Source: Obrimoposthia wandeli (taxonomy: Eukaryota). Taken from it: a DNA stretch of 64,000 nt. Shown piece after piece: positions 43,025 to 53,765 of the stretch. How positions within the stretch are numbered: the first letter of the stretch is position 1; each line of letters opens with the position of its first letter. The stretch is from NCBI GenBank assembly GCA_977020255.1, contig CDROCS010000084.1:1-64000 (forward strand). Reading direction: 5' to 3'. A model generated the notes under the pieces. The model had not been told where the DNA came from. It did no database searches and worked only from the letters and a program-made list of their open reading frames with translations. The translations under genes and the position numbers were made by a program.

Positions 43025-43750
43025 CTATTGGCACTTTTTATTGAAGATACTATAACCGATACCGCGGTGGGTCACTAAAGGTTGCTCGTTTTGATCCACA
43101 GCTTTGAGTTTTGCTCGCAGTTGTTTAATCGTCGTATCTACTGCGCGATCAAAGCTTTCATTATGTGCAGGCCATACAGAGTTCATCAGCTGCCCTCTGC
43201 TAAAAACACGCTCAGGTTGGCTCAATAACAATGACAGGACACCAAATTGGTAAGCGGTGAGTTGCAGTGTTTGGTTGCGGTAGCTGATTTTGTGTTTTTC
43301 GATATCGACACTAAAAACGCTGTCTAGCAGGGGCTTTGTTGATTGAGTTTTAGCGAGATCTGAATCTTGAGTCGGTATGTTATTCATTTGCTGGCGGCGT
43401 AAGATAACTTTAACCCTTGCCACCAGCTCGCGCGGGCTAAAAGGTTTAACTACATAATCATCGGCGCCAATTTCCAAACCAACCACTCGATCAATTTCGC
43501 TATCACGAGCCGTTAAAAAAATCAGCGGAACATCACAATGCTGGCGAATTTTTTTACATAGCTCGAAGCCATTGATATCTGGTAGTCCAACATCAAGTAT
43601 TACAAGATCAACGCGATTGTGTTGTAAAAAATCTAGGCCAGCGGAGCCGACATTGAACCACTGAGTATCAAAGTTTTCACTGCGCAATATGTACAGTATG
43701 TTATCGGCGATCGCAGCTTCATCTTCGATAAGAAGCACCGTTGGTTTCAT
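43025..43750 (-). CDS. creB: Response regulator CreB
   Basis: OmpR-type receiver + wHTH adjacent to creC/creD. Confidence 0.93.
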   Translation of the reverse strand: MKPTVLLIEDEAAIADNILYILRSENFDTQWFNVGSAGLDFLQHNRVDLVILDVGLPDINGFELCKKIRQHCDVPLIFLTARDSEIDRVVGLEIGADDYVVKPFSPRELVARVKVILRRQQMNNIPTQDSDLAKTQSTKPLLDSVFSVDIEKHKISYRNQTLQLTAYQFGVLSLLLSQPERVFSRGQLMNSVWPAHNESFDRAVDTTIKQLRAKLKAVDQNEQPLVTHRGIGYSIFNKKCQ

Positions 43751-43819
43751 AATATAATTACACTCTGTTATACAAGAGGTTATATGATCGTTTTATCTAG
43801 TTACTGTGTCACTATTTTT

Positions 43820-43835
43820 TTGAATTGTAGATGAA
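43820..43835 (-). promoter_or_regulatory. cre-tag-like direct repeat upstream of creB
   Basis: Minus strand TTCAT-N6-TTCAA versus E. coli TTCAC-N6-TTCAC. Confidence 0.35.
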
Positions 43836-44562
43836 TTGCGACGAGAAACTGCTGAGAAATTATTTTTAGAATCAGTAATAGTAGATTTATTGGCCTCTCA
43901 AATAAACGATTAAAAATAGCTCATAAAATATTTAACCGAAAAAGTTTCAAACAGATAAGTCCTTTGAAGACAAAAGGCGCGAAATAGACTTACAGCGAGT
44001 GGCTATGTGGTGGGGTAAAAACTCGTAGAGAAAATCTTCAGTTATTTAAAGCTTATTACTATCAAGACAATCGTCTAAGTTATGATTACATTGGTACACT
44101 TATTTTACTTCTTCTGAGAAAAGTAATAAAACAGCAATTGTCGAATATGTTACTCAAATGAATAAATTTTGAGTCAAGCAGGCTTTTAAAGATGGCTGTG
44201 AAGGGGCTTAGATGCACAAACATTATTCACTTGCGTGGCTTACATTTAACTAAATTATATAGGGCTCAAATAACTAAAACTCCACAGACATCAGAATTTA
44301 CTTCTGTAAAACAGATTAATGGCGAGCGTGATCTAAGTAATAGTAGTGCTAAGCAAGTACCACGAGAGAAGCTGCCCTGTCATTTACCCCACAAAATATG
44401 CCTAGTTGAAGGCAAGTACATCGCACTAAAATGCGTTTAGTGCCGTCATAACATGCTGCAAAATACTCACCAATCTCATAGCTAATGAGTAATGCAAAAT
44501 TAACCAATCTAAGCTATTCTTTACTTTTAGCTTATATCATAGAATTATACTAGGGAAGTAAT

Positions 44563-45333
44563 ATGGCACCTTTGCAGGTTGTTCAGATCACAGATATTCA
44601 TCTATTGTCCGATGAAAATAGCTTACACTATGAAGTAGATACAGCCTTAAGTTTAACCAAAGTATTGAATAAAATTGAATCTTTGGCTGTTGATTTAATC
44701 GTCGTTAGTGGTGATCTGGCTGAAGATGGCAAAGCAAGTACTTATAAGCGGTTGGCTAAAATATTTAAGGCTTTGACAATCCCTGTTTTTTTTCTACCCG
44801 GAAACCATGACGATCCTAAATTGATGAATGAGCATTTAAATGATAGCAATTTAAATCACTGTTTTAGCATGGAGACGGCAGGCTGGGGTTTTTTGTTCTT
44901 ACATTCCCAAGTAGAGGGGTGCTCATTTGGAAAGATAGGAGATAATCAATTATCAAGAATTGATAAGTATTTAACTGATCACTGCGATAAGCCAGTTTTT
45001 ATAGCTCAGCATCATCCTTCTTTTACTGTTTGTCCTGTTACTGGATGCCAGCTGGAAGATGCTGTTATTTTGCATGAAGTACTAATAAAGCATAACAATG
45101 TTCAAGTGATAGTGGCTGGCCATACTCATAATGATAAAGAGGATTTAAGTTTAAATTATGCTCAATATGTAACACCTTCAAGCTTTGCTTTCGCCACTCA
45201 TCATCAAGATAGTGCAATGCATAAAAAAGATGATTTTTGGGCGGCACATAAATTAGATTCTTCAAAAATTGGTTTTCGTTACTTGCAATTAACAAGCCAG
45301 GGGACTGTGACATCAGAGGTTGTTTGGGTTTAA
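44563..45333 (+). CDS. CpdA/Icc-like metallophosphoesterase
   Basis: TDIH, SGDL, PGNHD, QHHP, GHTH motifs. Confidence 0.88.
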   Translation: MAPLQVVQITDIHLLSDENSLHYEVDTALSLTKVLNKIESLAVDLIVVSGDLAEDGKASTYKRLAKIFKALTIPVFFLPGNHDDPKLMNEHLNDSNLNHCFSMETAGWGFLFLHSQVEGCSFGKIGDNQLSRIDKYLTDHCDKPVFIAQHHPSFTVCPVTGCQLEDAVILHEVLIKHNNVQVIVAGHTHNDKEDLSLNYAQYVTPSSFAFATHHQDSAMHKKDDFWAAHKLDSSKIGFRYLQLTSQGTVTSEVVWV

Positions 45334-45924
45334 ATGTATCTATCTCAGAGGGCGTTTTCCCAGAAAAACCCTCATTCTTAATCAAATGCCATATCCACCT
45401 AACTTACAGCGCGTCAGTGAAATAGCCGGCGCTCACTATGAGACACTTATTGGCAAAGGTTATCCTAGAAAATTAACTCAGGACTAATTTTCAATCCCTA
45501 CGAGAGTTTGGCCTATTGTTGATATTTTTAAGCCTTAACGGCAGCAGATCGCCCCTATAAAAATGCTAAAACGTTAACTGAAGCTATTTATATCTTAATT
45601 TAAATATGATCAATACATAGATCCTTTGCTGTTTGATCTTTTTTTGAGCGAAGGGATTTATATAAAGTATGCAGAGCGTTTCCTCGTATCTGAATAGATA
45701 GACGTGGTAGATATAAATCGCTATTTGGGGTGATAGCTCTACAAGCTGCCTTTTAACATGAGTATCAATGGCGCAGATTAGATTAATTATTTTTGTTGTG
45801 ATACTTGCGATCAATAGCTTGGCTAATATCACAAAGGTTAATATTTAATGGCTCACTTAACCGCTTTCAACGATGAATTTTCTTTGCTGTACCGAAAGTG
45901 GTCATACATAGCTTCAAAAAAGAG

Positions 45925-47211
45925 CTATGCACCATTTTCTGTTTTGCAGCGCCAAGGTCTAAATGTACACCACAGCAGTAAACCGGGAATTTGTAAGGTA
46001 ATTATTATTCCTAAACACCATTGATAAGCCGCGACAGGATAGTGGCCATCAAGGCCTTGCCACTGGCCAATAACAATGCCGGCTAACCACTGCACAATAA
46101 AGGCCAATATAAACACCACTAAATTGAACGAAGAACTTACGCGTCCTGCAAGGCTAGGTGAGACTGATTGTGCTACGATCGCGTAATTCATGGTTGTTGC
46201 AGTACCAAAAAACGCAAATCCACCAACCAATAAATATGGAGATATGTGTAAACCACTGATCATCAACATTTGAATAGCAACGAATACGGTGATTCCGCCT
46301 CCACAGACCATCATCGGTTGAACGCCAAACCTGCGAAGATAATCAATTAAAGAACCAAAACTCAAGGATCCAGCTACCATAGCGACGGTGCCATACATCA
46401 GCACATCTGTCATTGCATCAACATCTAAATTGGCCATATCACGTAACCAGGGTCCCATCCATAACGATAATATGGCCATATAAGCGGCATGAGCAAACGC
46501 CGAGTACATTACTAAGCGCCAAAATGACCACGACCTATAAAGTTGTGCAACTTCTCTGCACATGTCAATTATGCGTGCTTCTTTCTTAGGAAAGTGACCT
46601 GTCACGGTAACGTAAATAATAATACTGGCTGCAGCTGTTAAACCTGCCAGCATCAAAAACGCTTCACGCCAGTCAAAAATACTTAGCAGCTGATGTAATG
46701 GTGCGGTTGAAGCCATTGCTCCAAGACCACCTATAGCTAATAGGCATGCAGTGCTTAAAGGTAAACGTTCAGGTGGCAGCCAAATAGAACAAGCCTTAAT
46801 AGCACTCATTAATGAACCCGCCACGCCCAAACCAATTAACCCTCGACCGATCAATAAACCCCATTCAGATTGAGCCATAGCGAAAACAATTGATCCGATA
46901 GCGGCAATAAATAACATTGGGCTTTGCACTGCACGTGGGCCATAGCGGTCAAGTAGCACTCCTAGTGGTAGTTGGGCAACAGCAAAGGTGAGAAAATAAA
47001 TACTGGTCATTAAACCTAAGCTGCTGGCAGGCAACGACAAATCGTACGATAAGTCACCATAGATCACTACATTGATAGTTCTAAACAAATACGAAATAAA
47101 GTGGCCTAATCCGAAAGGCACTAAAATGGTTAAAAACAGCATAACAAATCTATGATTGATTATTTTACTGCCATCATCGAGTGTTTTTTCACTGCTGTTG
47201 ATGCTTTTCAT
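45925..47211 (-). CDS. MFS transporter
   Basis: QLPLGVLLDRYGPR motif, ~12 TM. Confidence 0.92.
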   Translation of the reverse strand: MKSINSSEKTLDDGSKIINHRFVMLFLTILVPFGLGHFISYLFRTINVVIYGDLSYDLSLPASSLGLMTSIYFLTFAVAQLPLGVLLDRYGPRAVQSPMLFIAAIGSIVFAMAQSEWGLLIGRGLIGLGVAGSLMSAIKACSIWLPPERLPLSTACLLAIGGLGAMASTAPLHQLLSIFDWREAFLMLAGLTAAASIIIYVTVTGHFPKKEARIIDMCREVAQLYRSWSFWRLVMYSAFAHAAYMAILSLWMGPWLRDMANLDVDAMTDVLMYGTVAMVAGSLSFGSLIDYLRRFGVQPMMVCGGGITVFVAIQMLMISGLHISPYLLVGGFAFFGTATTMNYAIVAQSVSPSLAGRVSSSFNLVVFILAFIVQWLAGIVIGQWQGLDGHYPVAAYQWCLGIIITLQIPGLLLWCTFRPWRCKTENGA

Positions 47212-47277
47212 TGCTTTCCTTTATCGAGTACTAAATTGTTAATTTGCCTTTAAACGGACGATAATGCATATTATAAT

Positions 47278-47312
47278 TCGGTGCAATATATAAATAACAC
47301 TCGGTGCAATAT
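47278..47312 (+). promoter_or_regulatory. Perfect 12-bp direct repeat, probable MocR operator
   Basis: TCGGTGCAATAT at 47278-47289 and 47301-47312 between divergent MFS and MocR genes. Confidence 0.6.
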
Positions 47313-48654
47313 GAAAAAAACATACTTAATGATTGCTGATACCGTTGCTGAGAATATTCGCTCAGGAAAATTGCAAACGGGGGAGCGATTGTCATCACAG
47401 CGTATTTTTGCCTATGAACATGGCATTGCAAATTCGACGGCAGGGCGAGTTTACGCAGAGCTGGTAAGACGGCAGTTAATTTCGGGCGAAGTTGGCCGAG
47501 GTAGCTATGTTCGAGCATATCCGCCAAAAATGGATCAACAAACATTATTAGAAGTGCGCAAGGATGCAAAATTTGACATGGAAACCAATTTCCCAATCTT
47601 ACCGACACAAGCGAATATGATGGTAAGTGCTTTGCAAAGTATCATCCGTCCAGATGTGCTAGATAAAGCTATTCGTCCCATTTCAGTCAGCAATGATGAG
47701 CAGTTGAAAGTTCAAAGGGAAATAGTCAGTCGTTTTCTGGGATGTACTGATTGGCGGCCTAATCCCGATTGTATTTTGTTTCCAGGCAGTGGACGACAAG
47801 CTATTGGAGCCGCAATGGCAGCACTTGTCCCCGTTGGAGGTCGGCTGGGTGTTGAGAAGCTTACTTATCCTATCCTTAAAGGTCTTGCAAACAACTTGGG
47901 GCGTATATTAGTCCCCATCGAAATAGATAACGAGGGAGTTATTCCTGAAGCTCTTATTCTTACCCATAAAGAGAAAGCGTTAGATGCTGTTTATCTTCAA
48001 CCAACGCTACACAACCCGACCGGAAACACGATGAGTATCGAACGGCGGATGGCAGTAGCTAGGATAGCGATAGAACAAGGTTTTCCTATCATTGAAGATC
48101 AAGTATACCGCTTCTTAATAAAAGAGAATCTGCCACCTATCGCCAAGTTTGCCCCAGAGAATATTATCTTAATCGATAGCATTTCTAAGCGTATAGCTCC
48201 AGGGTTATCGCTGGGTTTTATTGCGCCCCCTGAGCATTATATGCCCGCGATCTCAATCACGATGAAGCAGTTTGGTTGGGTATCAGGAGCGTTTGCAATC
48301 GAAGCGGTGTTCAGATGGATATCAGATGGTACGGTTGAAAAAATAGGTGTTCTCAAACGAGAGGATGTTGTTCGTCGACAAGCCACTGCACGAAAAATAT
48401 TATCAACATACGTTGAGAATTGCAGTAAAGATGCATGCCACCTTTGGTTGAACCTTCCAAATAATTGGCATTGTGATAGCTTTGTACTTGCAGCAAAGCA
48501 ACAGGGGATAATGGTGGCAGCTGGTTCCGCATTTGGAGTGGGTTATGTACCTAATGCTGTTCGTATTTCGTTGGTATCGATGTCTTACCCTAGGCTTGAA
48601 TATTCACTTCGTCAAATTGCTAGTATTTTGAAAGCTAAGGATAGCGAAACATAG
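47311..48654 (+). CDS. MocR/GabR-type GntR regulator with PLP aminotransferase domain (ATG at 47311 preferred)
   Basis: GERLSSQR..A wHTH, GEVGRGSYV, LHNPTG, DSISKRIAPG. Confidence 0.92.
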   Translation: MKKTYLMIADTVAENIRSGKLQTGERLSSQRIFAYEHGIANSTAGRVYAELVRRQLISGEVGRGSYVRAYPPKMDQQTLLEVRKDAKFDMETNFPILPTQANMMVSALQSIIRPDVLDKAIRPISVSNDEQLKVQREIVSRFLGCTDWRPNPDCILFPGSGRQAIGAAMAALVPVGGRLGVEKLTYPILKGLANNLGRILVPIEIDNEGVIPEALILTHKEKALDAVYLQPTLHNPTGNTMSIERRMAVARIAIEQGFPIIEDQVYRFLIKENLPPIAKFAPENIILIDSISKRIAPGLSLGFIAPPEHYMPAISITMKQFGWVSGAFAIEAVFRWISDGTVEKIGVLKREDVVRRQATARKILSTYVENCSKDACHLWLNLPNNWHCDSFVLAAKQQGIMVAAGSAFGVGYVPNAVRISLVSMSYPRLEYSLRQIASILKAKDSET

Positions 48655-48826
48655 GTCTTAGAAAAACAGGTCTTAGAAAAAAAGATCTTAGATAAAATTT
48701 CTAATATTTTTGATTGAAACTAACATCTAGTGATTGTTAATACTTAGATTCTCACTAAAACCGATAAGCTTGGTATATAGACTGGAAAGTTTACTAGACG
48801 TAAGCACACTATAAACATGTAACCAC

Positions 48827-49018
48827 ATGGATATTCTTTACAACCAGCTGACTATTGATGAACGAGATCAGATTCAAGCGCTTAACGAACTAAATCATTC
48901 AGCACGAGCGGTTTCTAATATACTGAATCGCTCTAAAAACCGATTTCCAAAAAATGACAACACTACTGTGTGGGTTCTTATTACGCGAAAGAGGATAATG
49001 ATCAAGCGAATGTACTAA
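48827..49018 (+). mobile_element. IS30-family transposase N-terminal remnant
   Basis: YNQLTIDERDQIQAL...SARAVSNILNRS resembles IS30 HTH. Confidence 0.7.
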
Positions 49019-49248
49019 AATGGGCAGCAGCCAAAAAAAATCAAGGTAAACGTTCATTCCTTTGAATTAATGACTCAGACTATCTAAGCAAGCGAAAAAC
49101 AGAAGAACGAACTGATAGAAAGTGCAGCCCTTATCAGTGATAACTGAGGCCATATGCCGAATAAACATCAAGAAGATAGAAAAATATTGATTTGTGTAGA
49201 GTTCTATCTAAATTAACCTTCGAAGCAGGTCAGTTTTTTACTTATAAA

Positions 49249-49797
49249 AAATCTCGGCCGCAAGCGACCGAGTTTTTAGAACAGCCCGAGCTGCTTACTA
49301 TTTAATTCACTTTTGTTCATGACCAATAGTTGGTCTTGAACATATTTTCGTATTACTTCTTCGCTAGCATTTCCAATTGTTTCCACGAAATAACTTTGAG
49401 TCCACAGCTTCCCTCCCCAGAAGTACTTCTTTTTTATAGCGGGGTGTAATCGAAAAAACTCCCGAGCCGAAATACTTTTAATGACTTGCATCACATGAGA
49501 TGGTGCTATTTTTGGATCTGTTCGTACTACCATGTGAATATGATCAATAGGAATTTCAAGCTCTGTAATTTCTATATCATAGTCACATCCAATTTTTGAA
49601 TAATTGCTTTAAGATCAGCTCTAAATGGCTCAACAAATACTTTATGGCGATACTTTGGAATCCAAACAAAATGATACATTAATCTGAAAACATGGTGTGA
49701 ATTTCGATATAACTCCATAAGCTGAATACCCCACAATGACTTCGTCATTGTACGCTATCCAGCTCGGGGGCAAGCCCCGAGATTTACGCTTTGCGGT
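49249..49797 (-). mobile_element. tnpA: IS200-like copy C, near full length, both hairpins; single 1-nt lesion in tnpA (49718-49276)
   Basis: Left hairpin CTCGGGG(G)CTTGCCCCCGAG, right hairpin; HFVWIPKY, HIHM, LWTQSYFVETIG. Confidence 0.95.
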
Positions 49798-49808
49798 TAA
49801 AATATACT

Positions 49809-50345
49809 TTACGCGAACTGCTGATACCATTCCTCTTCACTAATCAAATCTATTGTCGATTCTAATTGGTCGATAAAGGTTAAGCCGTTTAAGTGGTCTA
49901 ACTCATGTTGAAAAATACGGGCAATAAATCCCGTCAGCGTCTTTTGTTGTTCGTTACCTTGTTGATCAAAATAACGGACTGTAATTTGGCTATGCCTTGG
50001 TACTAAACCGCGCATGCTAGGTACACTTAAACAACCTTCCCAGCCTTTTACTTTTTCATCAGAGTAATGCAATATTTCAGGATTAATAATCGCTGTTGGT
50101 GACATTAATGGCGCGTCTGGATAACGAGCATTAGGTTTTGAACACATAATAAAGATGCGGACACTGTGGTGAATTTGTGGTGCAGCAATGCCAACTCCAC
50201 CAGCTTGGGAGACTGTCAACATCATTTGACTAATTAGTTGTTGGCATTCATCTCCAAGAATATTGTCAATTTCAGTCGCTCTTTGTCTTAATACCGCATG
50301 GCCTAATTGAGCAATGGAATATGTATTATTTTTAGTTTGATTCAT
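49809..50345 (-). CDS. def: Peptide deformylase
   Basis: GVGIAAPQI, EGCLSVP, QHELDHLNG. Confidence 0.96.
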   Translation of the reverse strand: MNQTKNNTYSIAQLGHAVLRQRATEIDNILGDECQQLISQMMLTVSQAGGVGIAAPQIHHSVRIFIMCSKPNARYPDAPLMSPTAIINPEILHYSDEKVKGWEGCLSVPSMRGLVPRHSQITVRYFDQQGNEQQKTLTGFIARIFQHELDHLNGLTFIDQLESTIDLISEEEWYQQFA

Positions 50346-50518
50346 TCTCTTTAATCTTTTGTTTTAATGGTTATTTCAATATTTTCATTATCACCGGCAA
50401 ACCATTTTTGCACGTAGATAGATCCTAAAGCAGGTGACATGTTGCCTTCAGGTATTGCATTATAGCGAATGCTGTTTTATTTTTCTTTTCAATTTAGAAT
50501 GTAATTACTTTCACAGAT

Positions 50519-50664
50519 CATTGCTGTCCGGTTAAAAAGTGTAAGCCCTCTAACTCGTTGATTTGTGGTTTTCTAGCATAGTAAATTGGATTCTTTCAGC
50601 CGAATAACACTTGTCGTTAACGTAAAATCAACGAGTTAAAGAACAACAAAAATTAAACCGGACA
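50519..50664 (+). repeat. MITE-like family A copy 4, followed by TATATATTCTCAG
   Basis: CATTGCTGTCCGGTTAAAAAG...AATTAAACCGGACA; inner IR TAACTCGTTGATTT/AAATCAACGAGTTA. Confidence 0.9.
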
Positions 50665-50820
50665 TATATATTCTCAGATATAATTATTCCAATCTCTATT
50701 AACGTTTGATCGAATTGTATAAGTGCGCATAAATAAATTCTAGCGCTGTTAGTGATTAGAGTGTTATCAGTAAATGGGCAGCTTTAAAAAGGATGTTGCT
50801 ACTGGCGTAAATAATAAGGC

Positions 50821-52038
50821 TTACATTGTTTTTAACCTCAAGCATCGTTGATACTTAACGTCCTCTAATGGCCCTCTAAAGCAAACTTTATTAATGAAAG
50901 TATCAGGGCCTTCATTTTTGTAGTAAGGATTTAATGCCGAGCCGACACCTTCATTAAGCGCATTTAAAAGTGCTAATTTAGCGTCAAAATCCATAAATCT
51001 AGCCACATATAAATCATAATTTGGCAAGGCTATCCTGTTTAGTATATTACCCACATAGTTTCTAATACTTGAGGTTGGCAATTCCAAAGCTGGCTCTAAT
51101 TCAATCTCTTTAGCGAAATCGGTTGGAGAAAGCAGAGATAACCGCCCCCATCTAGTATGAAATGGCTCTATAGTGTTTATTGACATGTTTGGTTTATAAA
51201 ATATCCGCGATAACCAAGCTGGAATGTAATCTACTACCTTTGTAAAACTAGAAAGGTCTTGCAGGTTGTTGAAACTATGATAGCTCAGTGCAAATTCCCG
51301 TGCTGATGCAACCTTGAGGCTTTTTTCTTTGATGCTTAATGGTTCGATCTTGTTAAGCACTATTTTAGATTCATAGGCAATGATAGCGAGTACATCGACC
51401 ACTTCTGAGAGCTTTGATAAAAACACCATTTTACCTACCAAAGTATCTTGCAATGCTAGCGAATGTCTTAATTGAAGTAACTGGTACTCGAGATCCAAAA
51501 TAGCTTCTTCAGAAAAACCTGCTTTGTATATCTTTATCGCATGCAACACTTTAACGCGCACCGCTGTACTAATGTATTGAAAAGGAGCAAAGCGCTCCGT
51601 TATGTTTGGTGTTGTTAACGTTTTGTATTCTTTAAAGCTATAAAACTGCTCTAATCTTGACAGTAAAACAGCATGTTTTTGATTAATAGGGCCAATATCA
51701 GTATTAAATAAATTATCTAAGCAGCCTTGTGCCCACCAAGAACAAAATAGGTCTCCTTCAGGTAACGGTATTTTGCGCTTTGGTGGGTAGTCTTTAATGA
51801 TATAAGATTCATCAACTTGCTCTTTTCGATATTCTTCTAGTAATGAGCTACCCACTTTTTCAGGGTTATCGTTTTCATTGGCATTTAAGCCTAGTAGGTA
51901 TATAAAAGATGGGCTAGAGTCTGTTGGTTCTATCCTATCTAAAAGCGTTTTTACTTCGGCTGTCAACTTATCATCAATTTGAGCAACTAACAGCAATGCA
52001 AAAATTAAAGCCGTAGTAAAAATAAAAACCTTTTTCAT
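50821..52038 (-). CDS. Hypothetical exported/membrane-anchored protein, 405 aa
   Basis: N-terminal hydrophobic segment, intact ORF. Confidence 0.8.
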   Translation of the reverse strand: MKKVFIFTTALIFALLLVAQIDDKLTAEVKTLLDRIEPTDSSPSFIYLLGLNANENDNPEKVGSSLLEEYRKEQVDESYIIKDYPPKRKIPLPEGDLFCSWWAQGCLDNLFNTDIGPINQKHAVLLSRLEQFYSFKEYKTLTTPNITERFAPFQYISTAVRVKVLHAIKIYKAGFSEEAILDLEYQLLQLRHSLALQDTLVGKMVFLSKLSEVVDVLAIIAYESKIVLNKIEPLSIKEKSLKVASAREFALSYHSFNNLQDLSSFTKVVDYIPAWLSRIFYKPNMSINTIEPFHTRWGRLSLLSPTDFAKEIELEPALELPTSSIRNYVGNILNRIALPNYDLYVARFMDFDAKLALLNALNEGVGSALNPYYKNEGPDTFINKVCFRGPLEDVKYQRCLRLKTM

Positions 52039-52206
52039 CTTATGCCTTTTTAATGTTGTTGATCTTGAGTTTAAGTAATGAGCTGTACTGTTAACTTAAT
52101 GTGATTAAATAATATTTTATAAAAGAGCAACAGTAAAGAACGGCAGTGGTCTACAGATCTATAAGGCAGGGTTTTTGATTGAACTGGTCTTAAGCGTATT
52201 AATTTA

Positions 52207-52633
52207 ACCGCATAGCGTAAATCTCGGGGGCTTGCCCCGAGCTGGAAATGACGAAGTCATAAATATATCGAAATGTTTTCAGATTAATGTATCATTTTGT
52301 TTGGATTCCAAAATATCGATCCATTTATTCTTAAAGCAACCAAAAAATTGCTACGATTAGAACTTGAAATGTTGATCATATTCATATGTAGTACGAACAG
52401 ATCCAAAAATAGCACCATCTCATGTGAGCAAGTCATTAAAAAGTATTTCGGCTAGGAGTTTTCGATTACACCCCGCTATAAAAAAGAAGTACTTCTGGGG
52501 AGGGAAGCTGTGGACTCAAAGTTATATCGTGGAAACAATTGGAAATGCTAGCGAAGAAGTAATACGAAAATATGTTCAAGACCAACTTATGAACAAAAGT
52601 GAATTAAATAGTAAGCAGCTCGGGCTGTTCTAA
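52207..52633 (+). mobile_element. IS200-like copy D, deletion-riddled, right hairpin absent
   Basis: TTTA|ACCGCATAGCG left junction and left hairpin; tnpA blocks. Confidence 0.9.
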
Positions 52634-52731
52634 ATAATTTTATATGTTGAAATAGCTACAACATGATGCCGTTTTGGTCTATTGAACGCGTTATCATGAG
52701 TCATTTAGGGGGGGAAAAGAAGCACCCATTA

Positions 52732-53625
52732 CTATAAAGCGCTATAAATATCCTCGCTAAGCTCATCAGCTAAAAAATCAATAAAACGACGTACTAATGG
52801 AGATTGATAACTGCGAGATAAATATACTGCCCAAAGGGAGAACCGCCACTGGCTGTAGTTTTGCAAAATAGGCACTAGCTCACCAGATTTTAAATAGGGA
52901 TTGGTTAAATCACAGGGGGCTCTGACTATACCGTTTCCATGAAGAGCAGCGCTGACTAAAATGTCCAGTGAATTTGCTTTTATGCTCCCTGAAACTGCAA
53001 CTTCTAGATTTTGTTTTTCATCGACAAATGCCCATTGATGTTGATTTAAATGAACGAAGCAATTGTGATTTTTAAGCTCTAGTGGATGTTTCGGTGCGCC
53101 GTACTTTTGTAAATAGCTAGGGGCTGCACACAGTATGGATTCTAGTTGGAACAGCTTTCTTGCGATAAGAGATTCATCAGGCTGGTGGGTGAAGCGCAAA
53201 GCAATATCAACTCTATCTTCTACTAATTCGTTGAAATCATCAGAGGCGACGATATCGATGGTGATCCGCTGATTTTGTTGTGTAAATTTCTCGACAGCTT
53301 GCAGCATTAGCTTTCCGGCAAAACCTATGGGTGCGGCTACTCGTATGCTGCCAGAGAGTTGTTGGCTTTGCTCTTGAGCATTGAATTGTAAGGCGCATAC
53401 TTCGTTCAAGATGCGCTGGCAATAGATTAGTGCTTCTTCACCTGCAGGCGTCAAGCTGACTCGACGCGTAGTGCGGTGTAATACACGCTGTTGCAGCCAA
53501 GCTTCCAATTCTTTAACGTGTCGCGAAACTTGCAGGCGGCTAAGTTGTAATTGCTCTGCAGCTTTAGTAAAGCTTTGGCAACTGGCAACTTCAACAAAAC
53601 TTTTGATGGCACTGAGTTTATCCAT
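52732..53625 (-). CDS. LysR family regulator
   Basis: MDKLSAIKSF...SFTKAA...HRTTRRVSLT. Confidence 0.95.
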   Translation of the reverse strand: MDKLSAIKSFVEVASCQSFTKAAEQLQLSRLQVSRHVKELEAWLQQRVLHRTTRRVSLTPAGEEALIYCQRILNEVCALQFNAQEQSQQLSGSIRVAAPIGFAGKLMLQAVEKFTQQNQRITIDIVASDDFNELVEDRVDIALRFTHQPDESLIARKLFQLESILCAAPSYLQKYGAPKHPLELKNHNCFVHLNQHQWAFVDEKQNLEVAVSGSIKANSLDILVSAALHGNGIVRAPCDLTNPYLKSGELVPILQNYSQWRFSLWAVYLSRSYQSPLVRRFIDFLADELSEDIYSAL

Positions 53626-53765
53626 TATTGTCTCTTATTTTGATACAATATTAATCATAATGGCTAGTCTATATCATTTATCATAGCTATTACACTGTGA
53701 ACCTCTAAAGCGAGCGATTAAAAAGCTCAGTAATAACAGCAGTTAATTAAACTAAGAGGCAGTAG

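Noticed and set aside
40042-43750. creBCD as a novelty
   Set aside because: Well-known conserved module in ordinary arrangement.
48655-48700. GGTCTTAGAAAAA-like tandem triplication after mocR
   Set aside because: Three degenerate units only; likely slippage or consensus artefact.
49249-49797. IS200 hairpins as REP/RAYT or a TnpB/omegaRNA system
   Set aside because: Each hairpin occurs once per end of a short TnpA; no tnpB ORF and no free hairpin arrays.
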